DNA of 64,000 bases, from assembly GCA_044228355.1 (NCBI GenBank), contig JBGAVA010000001.1, positions 16,229-80,228 of the forward strand, read 5' to 3'. Positions 9,792 to 19,289 of the stretch are shown here, piece after piece. The notes beneath the pieces were generated by a model that worked only from the letters and a program-made list of their open reading frames with translations, was not told the origin of the DNA and did not search any database. A program made the position numbers and the translations under genes. Position 1 is the first letter of the stretch, and every line of letters begins with the position of its first letter. The DNA is from Candidatus Saccharimonadales bacterium. Its GTDB lineage: Bacteria > Patescibacteriota > Saccharimonadia > Saccharimonadales > UBA4665.

Positions 9792-10334
9792 ATGACGCAG
9801 TATCTTCTTTTACTGGGGTGCGTTGTTGTCGCAGTGACGCTGCTCGCTGTAATGAAGCGGGCGGAGTGGAGTGCGAGGATATCTTTTAGTATGCACGCCG
9901 CACAAAGCCGCGGCTCGTACGTCATATTTGCGCTCGGTTTAACCGGTGCGGTCACCTGTTTTGCGGCATGGTTTGTCGGCTGGTTCGCGCCGCAGTTTCA
10001 CCCGGGATGGCTTTTTACATCTGTGTTTTTCACCGCACTGGCACTTTTGCTGGTGGCGGCCTGGGTGCGGTGGGAAAAAGGCAAGAAGGGAGAGATCCAC
10101 GACTTTGCCGCGTACCGCATGGCGTACCTCATGCCCGTACTGCCGGCAATTCTTGTATTCAACCCAAGCCTGTCGCTTGTCGCCCGCACCGTGGCTGGAG
10201 GCGTAGTCGTCGCTCAGCTTATCTTGCTGTACCTGCTTTTCTTTGTTCCGGCCACACGCCGCCACTTCTTTCGCTACCAGCTCATGTATATCGCCCTGAC
10301 TTTCGGTGCGCTATTTGCAGCTACATATGTCTGA
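9792..10334 (+). CDS. integral membrane protein (about 5 TM), unknown function
   Basis: Hydrophobic ORF with its first ATG at 9792. It contains one in-frame variant copy of the TTTCACCCGGGATGG motif at 9996-10010. Confidence 0.5.
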   Translation: MTQYLLLLGCVVVAVTLLAVMKRAEWSARISFSMHAAQSRGSYVIFALGLTGAVTCFAAWFVGWFAPQFHPGWLFTSVFFTALALLLVAAWVRWEKGKKGEIHDFAAYRMAYLMPVLPAILVFNPSLSLVARTVAGGVVVAQLILLYLLFFVPATRRHFFRYQLMYIALTFGALFAATYV

Positions 10335-11777
10335 CTACTTGAGGCAGCCGTCGTATTTTTCGGTGTAGGCTTGGGTGTTTGTATGGTGACGGGAGAGACC
10401 GTGATTGCGCTCGTTGCCATTACGCTGCAGCTCAGCCTGCAAGTAGCGGTATTCGGAGCTATAATCCTGGCGCAATTCGGGCGATGCGCCGCAAATGGCT
10501 GGCCAGGCATCGGGCGAAAGGTGCGCGATGTAACTTGTGTCGAGTGGCACGTTTCTGTCGGATCGCTCGGTAATGTTCTTGCGCGCGATGATGCCCTCCG
10601 GGTTCAAAACAGCGGCAGTCATGAGTACGCCGACCAGTATGTACCAGCCAGCCGCATATAGCTGGCGCGAGGTTAATCTACCCCAGAGCCACACCACCAG
10701 CGCCACGCTGCCGAGCAGTATACACACCAGGCCGAGCCGGGCGACAAAACGGGTTATGGTCCAGCCGTAGGTGGCTTCGTACAGGCTCAGTCGTTTCCAG
10801 GCTGAGAGTATGACGATGCCGTTGAGGGCCACGAGTGCCACGGCGAGATATTTGGTTTGGGCGTGCGGTGTCTTTTTGAGCGCCGAGATCACATACTTTA
10901 TGACTGCGCTGGCGAGCAGGGTAGCGACCAGCAGCTGGCCGTAGCCACGGTGCGCATAGGACGCATAGGTCAGGCCGTCTGGCAGTGCCCCGCCGGCGAA
11001 GAGGTAGCGAAGTTGCAGGGCGACAAAAACAGCAAAGATGACAGACAGTGTCCAGAGCATAACGTCGGTATCGCGCTGGCTGAGAGTCTGTTTGATGACG
11101 GCCGGTGAAACTTTAGCCGGTGACCGCTGCATGAGCAGCAGCAGGGCCACCACTGACAGGGCTGTCCAAAAACCGATGGTGATAATCCGGCCGACATCAT
11201 AACCTGACAGCATATCGCTGAGTGCTTGCAGTGCATCGCCCAGCCAGCTGAAGCCGCGGCCAAACACTTGGTCGGCCGAAGCAAACAGGGTTATAAAAAC
11301 CACTGCCAGGCCGGCTGCGCCCATAAAACCGCGGTTGATTTTTATGCCAGAAATGCGCTGCTGACTGAGTCCGGCTGTCAGCTCTTTTGGCGCAGCTAGG
11401 CTCCTCAGCCTAAAGCGGTCGAAAAACACCGGCAAACGTGCCGACAGCGGGAGGTCGCGGTAATCATCTACAAAGGCAGTAGAGGCAAGCAGACTCAGCG
11501 AAACCAGTGAAATCATGACAGACCAAAACTGCACCAGCGGCGCAGCTCGCCAAAAGACCATGGCGGCACTGGTGAGCGCCAGCACGGCGTAGGTGGCGGG
11601 CAGTCGAACCTGCCTGTTATTGTCCAGGGCTGCTAACAGGCAAAAGCCGGACCACAGCGCCACAAAGATGAAGAAATTCAGCCCAAACACGCTCTGTCGG
11701 ACGAGCATATCGGTACATAGCCCCAGAAAAAGACCGATGAATATGACCTGTAACGTTGAGTTGCGGCTGAGTTTCAT
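10335..11777 (-). CDS. polytopic membrane protein (480 aa, about 12 TM), unknown function
   Basis: Long hydrophobic ORF. The opposite-strand ORFs here are short shadows. Confidence 0.55.
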   Translation of the reverse strand: MKLSRNSTLQVIFIGLFLGLCTDMLVRQSVFGLNFFIFVALWSGFCLLAALDNNRQVRLPATYAVLALTSAAMVFWRAAPLVQFWSVMISLVSLSLLASTAFVDDYRDLPLSARLPVFFDRFRLRSLAAPKELTAGLSQQRISGIKINRGFMGAAGLAVVFITLFASADQVFGRGFSWLGDALQALSDMLSGYDVGRIITIGFWTALSVVALLLLMQRSPAKVSPAVIKQTLSQRDTDVMLWTLSVIFAVFVALQLRYLFAGGALPDGLTYASYAHRGYGQLLVATLLASAVIKYVISALKKTPHAQTKYLAVALVALNGIVILSAWKRLSLYEATYGWTITRFVARLGLVCILLGSVALVVWLWGRLTSRQLYAAGWYILVGVLMTAAVLNPEGIIARKNITERSDRNVPLDTSYIAHLSPDAWPAICGASPELRQDYSSEYRYLQAELQRNGNERNHGLSRHHTNTQAYTEKYDGCLK

Positions 11778-11847
11778 ATCTACAATAGTATACCACCCAA
11801 CGCAAATAATGCCCGGTCAAGGCCATGAGTAGGGTATACTGCATAGC

Positions 11848-12336
11848 ATGAAAATGCATGAAGGATTGAACAAAACGGCTTTTTCGGCCACGCTGCACTG
11901 TTTGACGGGCTGCGCTATAGGTGAGGTGCTCGGTATGGTGATTGGTAATGCGCTGAACTGGCACGGGGCGGTGACAGTGGCACTTTCCGTAGCACTGGCA
12001 TTTGCGTTTGGCTACGGCCTGAGTATGCTACCCATCTTGAGACATGGGCTGAAACTGGGGCAGGCGATGAAGATTGCGCTGGCGGCAGACACTGCTTCCA
12101 TAGCCACCATGGAGCTGGCCGACAATGCTTTCATGCTGGCCGTGCCGGGCGCCATGAGCGCCGGGCTGAGTTCGCCGCTGTTTTGGGCGAGCCTTGCCAC
12201 TTCGCTGGCGGTTGCCTTTGCCGCTGCCTATCCCGTGAATCGCTGGCTCATTGCCCGCGGCAAGGGCCACGCTGTCGCCCACCAGCACCACCACGCACCC
12301 GAACATACTGACCACACCACCCACTCACACCACTAG
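11848..12336 (+). CDS. DUF4396-like membrane protein with His-rich C-terminal tail
   Basis: The N-terminal LHCLTGCAIGEVLGMVIG box is as recalled for DUF4396. The tail is HAVAHQHHHAPEHTDHTTHSHH. Confidence 0.6.
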   Translation: MKMHEGLNKTAFSATLHCLTGCAIGEVLGMVIGNALNWHGAVTVALSVALAFAFGYGLSMLPILRHGLKLGQAMKIALAADTASIATMELADNAFMLAVPGAMSAGLSSPLFWASLATSLAVAFAAAYPVNRWLIARGKGHAVAHQHHHAPEHTDHTTHSHH

Positions 12337-12754
12337 CGCTCGTATGCCGACAAGGCCTATCTGTCGATCAGTGAATGCAGGCTCTCGCGCCTGTCTGCCG
12401 ACAGGCAGGCCTGCAGGCGACTTCCTCTTTTGCCGGAAAAGAGGAAGCGAGAAACCTCGGCCAAGAGCTCCAGCTCTTGGTGAAATGCTGCTCATTTTTA
12501 CAACCGGAGAGCACGAACGCCTCCGGCTAAGTACTCTCCGACCCTATCGGGCAAGCTCAAAAAAACCTGACAACATTTCATCCATGAGCCTCCACATGGC
12601 CCCTACTAGCTATATCCACCTTCGCCAAGGCTTCGGTGGATGGTTCCTAGCGGCCTTCGGCCGCCCCCACCCCCTACCGTCCACCATCTACCCCCTACTC
12701 CACCCGGGACGGCAAAACAACAGAGAACCACTACACCCCATTTGCATTTTGTGG

Positions 12755-13618
12755 CTACAGAAGGCTCAGCCAAATAGCGCCGCCAACCATGATGGCTGCG
12801 CCAGCGAAGCGCACAGCGTAAACGCGCGGCGGGTGTTTTTCGAGCAGCGCTGGGAAGCGGAACGAAAGCGCCCAAGCAAAGATCATCGAAAACGGCAGTG
12901 ATACAATAATCGAGTTTATGCTCAGATTGCGTGAGTAAGCATAGGCGCTGGTAGCGGCGTACACAAAGGCGAGCAGGCCAAGTGCAACAAACGGCGTAAT
13001 CTTTTCCCGCGTGAACCTTTCGCGTTCCAGGTGTGCAAAGCGGAGCGTAGGAAGCAGCAGAGCCAATGTGAGTAGATCATGCCAGAGGACAGTCGTGGCA
13101 AACCCGTTTTGCGCAACCGAGCGGTTGAGGAAATACCCATCAAGTGCAATGGTGAGCATCGCTATGAGTGCAAAAAGTGTATGTTTTTGCAGAAATGCCC
13201 TAAACCGGAGCTGTTCGTTAAAGGTAGCGAACGGGCTGGCTGCAATAATCAAGACTATCAGTCCAATCCCGAAGCCCGATAGGTGTTCACCAAGCAGCAG
13301 CGTGCCAAGGAGTACCGAAAAAGCCATCCGTATTCCATAAAGTGGTGCCATAGCGGTGACGTCCATCTTGTACAGGGCTAGGGTATAGAGCGAAAACGAG
13401 ACAGCTGCGCACAACGACGAGAGCGTCAGTGCCATCCATTGCATCGGCCATCCGCCGTGCTGCCACCAAGCGAATACCGCAATGGGCGGCAGAGCAAACG
13501 CGATCCAGAGAACGTTGAAAAGCCAAGGACTCTTTATGAGCCGTTTGCTCGATATCTTTACGATCAGCGGTTCAATCCCTGTCGTTACTGCCGCTAGCCA
13601 TGCCAGCCAAATATCCAT
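12755..13618 (-). CDS. EamA/DMT-superfamily transporter
   Basis: About 10 TM in a two-fold repeated hydrophobic architecture. Confidence 0.6.
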   Translation of the reverse strand: MDIWLAWLAAVTTGIEPLIVKISSKRLIKSPWLFNVLWIAFALPPIAVFAWWQHGGWPMQWMALTLSSLCAAVSFSLYTLALYKMDVTAMAPLYGIRMAFSVLLGTLLLGEHLSGFGIGLIVLIIAASPFATFNEQLRFRAFLQKHTLFALIAMLTIALDGYFLNRSVAQNGFATTVLWHDLLTLALLLPTLRFAHLERERFTREKITPFVALGLLAFVYAATSAYAYSRNLSINSIIVSLPFSMIFAWALSFRFPALLEKHPPRVYAVRFAGAAIMVGGAIWLSLL

Positions 13619-13673
13619 GAGGGGAAGTATAGCGTAGAAGGGGCGCGTGATATAGCTAGCTTCATAATAAATA

Positions 13674-13702
13674 TTGACAAAACGTAAGTATTTTGCTATA
13701 CT
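13674..13702 (+). promoter_or_regulatory. near-consensus sigma70 promoter (TTGACA-17-TATACT)
   Basis: TTGACA at 13674-13679, an exactly 17-nt spacer, and TATACT at 13697-13702. It is oriented away from the divergent EamA gene. Confidence 0.6.
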
Positions 13703-14052
13703 TGTATTAGTTTTGAGGGTGCAAACTTACGAAATACGCACCCGAAAAACAAACAGTACAAACCAAATTACTCAAAGCGGTCTCATCTTGTTTGCGGCGA
13801 AATATATACGCAAATAAGTTGTGTTCGTGCTGCCAAAAAACAGCAGGCACGCGTACAAGAGACGCTAGAGTAACCCAGCTTGCTCATGTGTTCGAACAAC
13901 ACAACCAGCGGGTTTATTCGGAGCGCCCTATACACCGGGCACCGAACCCGAAAAACAGAGCGAATAGCAGGGCAGGGCTGTACAAAAAAATAAAAAATGA
14001 GCAGGGAAGCGCCAAACCGCCCACCCACTCGCAAAAAAGGAAGGCAATAGCG

Positions 14053-14148
14053 ATGTTGTTCGCCATACAAGACGGGCTGGCGTACGAGCTGATACCATGC
14101 AGCGACGCCGCCATGCTGGCCATCGACGAAGATATCATGCAACTGTGA
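14053..14148 (+). CDS. small acidic protein, 31 aa (MLFAIQDGLAYELIPCSDAAMLAIDEDIMQL)
   Basis: The ATG is preceded by AAGGAAGG 8 nt upstream. The stop lies 15 nt before a strong intrinsic terminator. Confidence 0.4.
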   Translation: MLFAIQDGLAYELIPCSDAAMLAIDEDIMQL

Positions 14149-14162
14149 TATTCGCTGGTACA

Positions 14163-14195
14163 AATATCCCCAGGTTTTATCTGGGGATATTTTTT
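14163..14195 (+). terminator. intrinsic terminator (11-bp stem AATATCCCCAG/CTGGGGATATT plus T-run)
   Basis: Perfect 11-bp stem with a 7-nt loop, followed by TTTTTT. Confidence 0.75.
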
Positions 14196-14247
14196 GCTTC
14201 GTTGCGCTTGGGCAGGGCAGGGGAACCAAGTATAATAGACGTAAGCA

Positions 14248-15945
14248 ATGTCCGAAAAGTACGATAGTTTTCAACCTCGGCGAGCCACGAGTGTCGATGG
14301 CTTCTTGACTGGCCCTGGCCAGCGTCCACGTAGTCCTGGTTTTCGTGCGCCGTCAGCCCAGCCGGGGGTAACCTCAGCGCCATCTCAGGGAAGAACGGTA
14401 GGCTTGCCAGACATGCCAAAGAGAAGCCTCCCCTCCCCTGTTTTATCTCAAGCCCAGATCCAGCCGGAGCGGGCGGATTACCACCTTGACGGATCCGAAA
14501 AAGAGTATGCAGTACTTGATGAGCCGGGTCTCAGCCGCCGTCAGAAACGCAAGGCAGCAAAAGCCGCCAAAAAGGCTGAAAAAAAGGCACGCAGGCAAGG
14601 CCGCAAACCGCGCAGTCTGGGCAGGCGCATCGCCAAATGGTTCGGCATACTGCTACTGGTGGCTGTGTTGGCGCTGGGCGCGCGATTTTACAAAGATATT
14701 GCCAAACTCACCGGTAATAAAAACCCGTTTAGTATCCTAGGCGTGTTCCGGCCGTCTGAGCTCAAAAATGATAATGGCAGGGTGAATATATTGGTTGCGG
14801 GCAATTCGGCCGATGACCTCGGCCATAACGGCGGCGAACTAACCGACTCAATCATGGTGCTCAGTATCAACACGAAAAACAATACCGCGCTCATGCTCAG
14901 TATACCGAGAGACTTATGGGTTGCTATGCCGCCAGACGTCGGCGGCCATGCAAAGATAAACGCCGTCTATCCACAAGGAGGCATGGACGACTTGAGACTA
15001 ATCGTTGAGGATGCTACCGGCCTAGCTATCCACTATACGGCACTTGTGAATTACACGGCATTTCGTGATTTGGTAAATGCGGTCGGTGGCATAACGATCA
15101 ATATTAAAAGTGACAATCCCCGCGGTATCTACGATTCTAGCCTAGATTGGAGTTCTCGCAGCTGTTGCGCGCTAGCCAAGTACCCGAACGGCCCAGCAAT
15201 GCTTGATGGTAAACAGGCCCTGAACCTTGCCCGGGCTCGAGGTGAAGGATTCGGCTCATACGGTTTCGAAGGTGATTTCACCCGTACGGAGCACCAGCGT
15301 CAAATGCTCCTTGCTATAAAGGATAAAGCGTCAAATCCCTCAGTTATTGCTAATCCGCTCAAGATAAGTAATCTTGTGGATGCGGTTGGCAGCAATGTCC
15401 GCACCGACCTTCAAGTTGGCGAGATGCAGTCTCTCTACTATTACGGCAAAAAGATTGATAACACCAAGATAGATTCATACAATATTAATACGCTGAAGGG
15501 CGAAGACATTACCATGCTGGCAAACTACACTTCGCCGGACGGGCAGTCTGCGCTCATCCCGGCGGCAGGCATGGACGATTTCACTGAAATCGCTGCCCAA
15601 ATAAAGAAGGTCTTTACGGCCGGGCCGCTCATGAAAGAGAATGCCGGCCTGGTTATTTTGAACGGTACCGATGCCATTGGTTTGGCCAAACTTCAGAAAA
15701 ACAAACTGCTTAGCCAGGGGGCGAGTGTTTTGGCAGTTGGTGATGCAACGACGCAGCCCAACACTACCATCATAGATAACTCCCAGGGTAGCAAGCCGAA
15801 TACTCTCGCCTACCTCAAGAAAGAATACAAAGCTACTGTCGTAACCAACTCAACACTGGCCGCCAGCTATCCGGCGGCAGACTTCATTCTTATCTTGGGC
15901 GAATCGGCCGCGCCCAAGACGTCTTCGGGCACTCGAACGAATTAA
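14248..15945 (+). CDS. LytR-CpsA-Psr (LCP) family cell-envelope phosphotransferase with disordered N-terminus and C-terminal LytR_C-like domain
   Basis: TM anchor, then the LCP core NILVAGNSADDLGHNGGELTDSIMVLSINTKNNTALMLSIPRDLWV. Confidence 0.8.
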   Translation: MSEKYDSFQPRRATSVDGFLTGPGQRPRSPGFRAPSAQPGVTSAPSQGRTVGLPDMPKRSLPSPVLSQAQIQPERADYHLDGSEKEYAVLDEPGLSRRQKRKAAKAAKKAEKKARRQGRKPRSLGRRIAKWFGILLLVAVLALGARFYKDIAKLTGNKNPFSILGVFRPSELKNDNGRVNILVAGNSADDLGHNGGELTDSIMVLSINTKNNTALMLSIPRDLWVAMPPDVGGHAKINAVYPQGGMDDLRLIVEDATGLAIHYTALVNYTAFRDLVNAVGGITINIKSDNPRGIYDSSLDWSSRSCCALAKYPNGPAMLDGKQALNLARARGEGFGSYGFEGDFTRTEHQRQMLLAIKDKASNPSVIANPLKISNLVDAVGSNVRTDLQVGEMQSLYYYGKKIDNTKIDSYNINTLKGEDITMLANYTSPDGQSALIPAAGMDDFTEIAAQIKKVFTAGPLMKENAGLVILNGTDAIGLAKLQKNKLLSQGASVLAVGDATTQPNTTIIDNSQGSKPNTLAYLKKEYKATVVTNSTLAASYPAADFILILGESAAPKTSSGTRTN

Positions 15946-15963
15946 CCACCAGTATCGTGTACA

Positions 15964-16638
15964 ATGAGAGGCATGATGAGACACCCACTTATTTCACGGA
16001 TAATACTAACCACACTCGCTTTCGGTACGATGTTTGCGCTGGTGCAGCAGCAAGCTCGCCTGCAGGCCAACGACATGCCGCAGCTGCTCGCGACCCAAGC
16101 CGCCAAACAGCTCGATGCTGGTTACGGACTCCAGAGCATAAACATGGGTGCGACCGATCTGGCAAATAACCCGGTGCCATTTGTGGTTGTCTATGACGAA
16201 AAGGGTAAGGCCGTCGGTGGCTCGGGCTACCTAGACAAAAAACTTGCCCTCATGCCTGCCGGCGTGGTCAATCACGCCAAGCCCGGCGAGCCGCACGCCG
16301 TGACGTGGGCGCCGCGTAGTGACATACGGATTGCCAGCGTTACGGTGGCGGCGAAGGACTACTATGTTACCGGCGGCCAATCACTCAAGATGACAGAAAA
16401 CCACACGCGTAGGCTACTGCTGCTGACGCTGTTTGGCTATGTTGCCAGCCTCTTTATAGTCGTAGCGGTTCGGTTCTGTCGCTGCCGTCGCTGCCGCGTG
16501 ATGAAAAGTCACGCCGCCATGTGCGCCCATGACTCGTGTGTTTGCTGTACCCCTGGCGACAAACCTGCACCTCCGTCCGCAAAAGCTTCTGCCGTCAAAA
16601 AAGCACCCAAAACCACCACCAAACGCCCGGCAAAGTAG
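15964..16638 (+). CDS. membrane-anchored protein with Cys-rich juxtamembrane tail, unknown function
   Basis: N-terminal TM, a second TM near residue 150, then CRCRRCRVMKSHAAMCAHDSCVCC and a Lys/Pro-rich tail. Confidence 0.45.
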   Translation: MRGMMRHPLISRIILTTLAFGTMFALVQQQARLQANDMPQLLATQAAKQLDAGYGLQSINMGATDLANNPVPFVVVYDEKGKAVGGSGYLDKKLALMPAGVVNHAKPGEPHAVTWAPRSDIRIASVTVAAKDYYVTGGQSLKMTENHTRRLLLLTLFGYVASLFIVVAVRFCRCRRCRVMKSHAAMCAHDSCVCCTPGDKPAPPSAKASAVKKAPKTTTKRPAK

Positions 16639-16751
16639 CGCCGGCGCCGAAATAATGGTATACTAAACAGTACTAGATTATCTTAAGATAAACACTCTTT
16701 AGCACCGGTTGTTTCCTTGACTCTATTTAGTCATTAACTTTAGGAGCAACC

Positions 16752-17747
16752 ATGATTTCATTTGTATGGCCGCCCGGTGCGCCGATGCTGGCCGGCACCG
16801 GCGGTTCCGAAACCTACACGGCAGGACACGTCCGCGAACTCTTGCGCCGGGGCATCCCAGCCCAAGTCGTAACCATCGGTCACGGTACGCGGGACGGGCG
16901 CAAAGATTATCCCGATATCCCTTTTGTGTCACTCAAATCAGCCGCCGAGCTATCGGTCATGAGCGGACAAATTGTGTTCGTGAATGAGGCATACCCTGTT
17001 TCTACCAGGCAAAAAGCGGCAATTATTCTGCACTGCGTCATACCAGAACTGGACGAGCAAACCATCTATAAAGAGTATATTTCTGGCAAGACAGTCATCG
17101 CGACCAGCATATACAATGCGCAGCAGTGGGCGCTCTACCTAGATATCCCGTACAGCCGCATGCACATAGTGCTGCCGTTCGCCGACCCGGTGTTCGGCAG
17201 TGTCGTCAGGTCGAAGCCGCTTAAACAAACGCGGATACTCTACGCCGGCCGTCTGCACCCAGATAAGGGCATTTACACCCTGCTCGAAGTGCTCCACCAG
17301 GACGTGATGCGGCGTAATGGCTACCGGGTCAGCATAGTACTTGCGGGGCAGCATGTCGAGACCGGGCGCACAATCGCCCGCATGCTTCAGGGCTACAAGT
17401 ACGCCCAGCTATTGCCACCGCAAAAAACAGTCATCAGTATGGCGGGCCTGCTAAGCCACAGCGACGTACTGGTGGTGCCGTCTGTGTACGCCGAGCCGTT
17501 CGGCATGCTTTCCATAGAGGCGCAGCACGCTGGCTGCCGGGTGGTTGCCAGCAACCTTGGCGGTTTGCCGGAAACCAACTGCGGACTCCTAACCCTAGTG
17601 GAGCCGCGTAACCCGAAGGCTCTTTTGAAAGGCATAGATCAAGCCGTTGCTCTCGGTGCTGCCACCAAAAAAGAACGAACCATCGCCCGGTCGAGTTTTT
17701 CCCTCGATACCTCAGTCACCAGCCTGCTCGAAGTCCTGCACGCGTAA
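16752..17747 (+). CDS. GT4-family (GT-B fold) glycosyltransferase
   Basis: C-terminal EPFGMLSIEAQHAGCRVVASNLGGLPE (the EX7E region of retaining GT4 enzymes). Confidence 0.75.
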   Translation: MISFVWPPGAPMLAGTGGSETYTAGHVRELLRRGIPAQVVTIGHGTRDGRKDYPDIPFVSLKSAAELSVMSGQIVFVNEAYPVSTRQKAAIILHCVIPELDEQTIYKEYISGKTVIATSIYNAQQWALYLDIPYSRMHIVLPFADPVFGSVVRSKPLKQTRILYAGRLHPDKGIYTLLEVLHQDVMRRNGYRVSIVLAGQHVETGRTIARMLQGYKYAQLLPPQKTVISMAGLLSHSDVLVVPSVYAEPFGMLSIEAQHAGCRVVASNLGGLPETNCGLLTLVEPRNPKALLKGIDQAVALGAATKKERTIARSSFSLDTSVTSLLEVLHA

Positions 17748-17785
17748 GTTCAATAATTACGCTTCGACGGTGATATAGTACCTGC

Positions 17786-18634
17786 ATGTGGTATATCTAT
17801 ATGGGGTTGCACCTCATCGGCATTGTTGGCTATAGCTTATTGTTGCGCCGCGCCCTAGTAGCAAAAGCGGATAAGTGGACGCAAGCGACCATAATGCAGA
17901 CAGCGATAGCTCTACCTATGGTCATTGCATCGTTCTTCTTGCGACCTGACTTATCGACCTACACAGCCAGCACGGCTGTACTACTCGGACTTATAATTGT
18001 TCTCGTCATTGCGTTACACGCAGCCAATGTACTTGCGGTTCAGCACCTTGAAGCTAGCACGTACTCTATTTTGTACAATCTGCGCCTGGTTTTCGTGACC
18101 ATACTAGGAATTCTTTTTCTGGGCGAAAAAGTCGTTTTTCTGCAGCTTTTAGGTGGGCTACTCATCTTTATTGCAGCAGTCACTGTACGGAAAAAAGCAC
18201 AGCACCATACTCAGGCAGCTGGAGTGTGGTGGGGGGTTGCGGCGGCTGCGCTGCTTAGCGTCCTGAGCCTTTGTGAGAAAAGGCTTATGGGCCAGGTGGG
18301 TTTTTATGCGTACATTGTAATGAATGCATATATAGCCACTCCAATAATGTGGGCCATACTACTAGCGCGCGGTACTCGCGTAAAGCTAGCATACATTACT
18401 CAAAAAGAGACAATTATATTTATGGCCTTTCGCGCTATCTCGGCCTATGGGTTTGTCTTGGCCATTAGCACGGGCTTATTAAGCGTCACCAGTTATATAT
18501 CGGGTATGAGCGTGGTCTTGATCGTATTGTTCGGGGCGCTACTACTTGGCGAGAAAGACCATATGCGCTCGAAGCTGATCGCTACAGCACTTGTAGTAGC
18601 AGGGTTAACTGCCATTCTTCTCGCTAATCTGTAG
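17786..18634 (+). CDS. EamA/DMT-superfamily transporter
   Basis: About 10 TM in a duplicated EamA-like layout, including the GEKVVFLQLLGGLLI segment. Confidence 0.6.
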   Translation: MWYIYMGLHLIGIVGYSLLLRRALVAKADKWTQATIMQTAIALPMVIASFFLRPDLSTYTASTAVLLGLIIVLVIALHAANVLAVQHLEASTYSILYNLRLVFVTILGILFLGEKVVFLQLLGGLLIFIAAVTVRKKAQHHTQAAGVWWGVAAAALLSVLSLCEKRLMGQVGFYAYIVMNAYIATPIMWAILLARGTRVKLAYITQKETIIFMAFRAISAYGFVLAISTGLLSVTSYISGMSVVLIVLFGALLLGEKDHMRSKLIATALVVAGLTAILLANL

Positions 18635-18704
18635 CAGTTAAACAGTGTCGTGAACAATATGTTGCATAAGAAAATCTCCCAGCAAAACGCTGAGAGATTT
18701 TTTA

Positions 18705-18781
18705 TGGTAGCGGGGGCGAGATTTGAACTCGCGACCTCAGGCTTATGAGTCCTGCGCTCTAACCAACTGAGCTACCCCGCC
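18705..18781 (-). tRNA. tRNA with CAT anticodon (elongator Met or Ile2/lysidine), CCA encoded
   Basis: The reverse complement reads GGCGGGGTAGCTCAGTTGGTTAGAGCGCAGGACTCATAAGCCTGAGGTCGCGAGTTCAAATCTCGCCCCCGCTACCA. It forms a cloverleaf with a G1:U72 pair. Confidence 0.9.
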
Positions 18782-18940
18782 GCAACGAACAGAGAGGATT
18801 GTAGCAAATTTCATCCCTGTTTGCTAGTGCAACGACTCGATACATACGCGGCAATGGACGTTAAGCACACTCGTCACCCAGTGCCTCTCACCTAGCCAGA
18901 GTTCTAGTGGTTAATGATTCAATCTAGCCAGAAAAAACAG

Positions 18941-18988
18941 CTCCCGGTGAAACTAACAGATAGAAAACCGCCATCCCAGGTGAAATTA
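18941..18988 (-). repeat. copy of the TTTCACCTGGGATG composite element
   Basis: On the minus strand it reads TTTCACCTGGGATGGCGG...TCTGTTAGTTTCACCGGG. It lies directly 3' of the minus-strand gene 18992..19210. Confidence 0.7.
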
Positions 18989-18991
18989 CCT

Positions 18992-19210
18992 TCAATTAAG
19001 ATGCTTTTTGGAACGCACTAGCGCTCGTATACCTATGAGTGCAATAGGTATTCCGATGACGAGACCGCTCACGAGGCCTTGCTTAGGTGTCAGATGAAAT
19101 CTGCCATATGCAAGTGGGACTATCCATATACCAAACAGTACCAGACTGGTGCCGAACACAATCAAGCATAGGGCAACAGTTGTGCGGGAATACTTTTTTT
19201 GCCGATTCAC
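18992..19210 (-). CDS. small two-TM membrane protein (72 aa)
   Basis: GTG start and two hydrophobic helices. Confidence 0.4.
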   Translation of the reverse strand: MNRQKKYSRTTVALCLIVFGTSLVLFGIWIVPLAYGRFHLTPKQGLVSGLVIGIPIALIGIRALVRSKKHLN

Positions 19211-19289
19211 GTGTACATAGTAGCATGCTAGCCTCGCTGCTTTAGCTGTAACGCTTACATATAGTACATGCCGGAGTCATGTGGGAATG

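Noticed and set aside
12251-12901. 216-aa plus-strand ORF spanning the hairpin-rich gap
   Set aside because: It overlaps the end of the DUF4396 gene and the EamA gene, and its sequence is a low-complexity Pro/Arg/Ser translation of palindromic repeats.
13709-14195. Strongly promoted and terminated roughly 485-nt unit considered as tmRNA, RNase P RNA, SRP RNA or 6S RNA
   Set aside because: There is no GGAAAGTCC/ACAGAA-type RNase P box, no tRNA-like GGTTCGA...CCACCA 3' end, no ...ALAA-type tag frame and no SRP GGAAG-AGCAGC motif on either strand.
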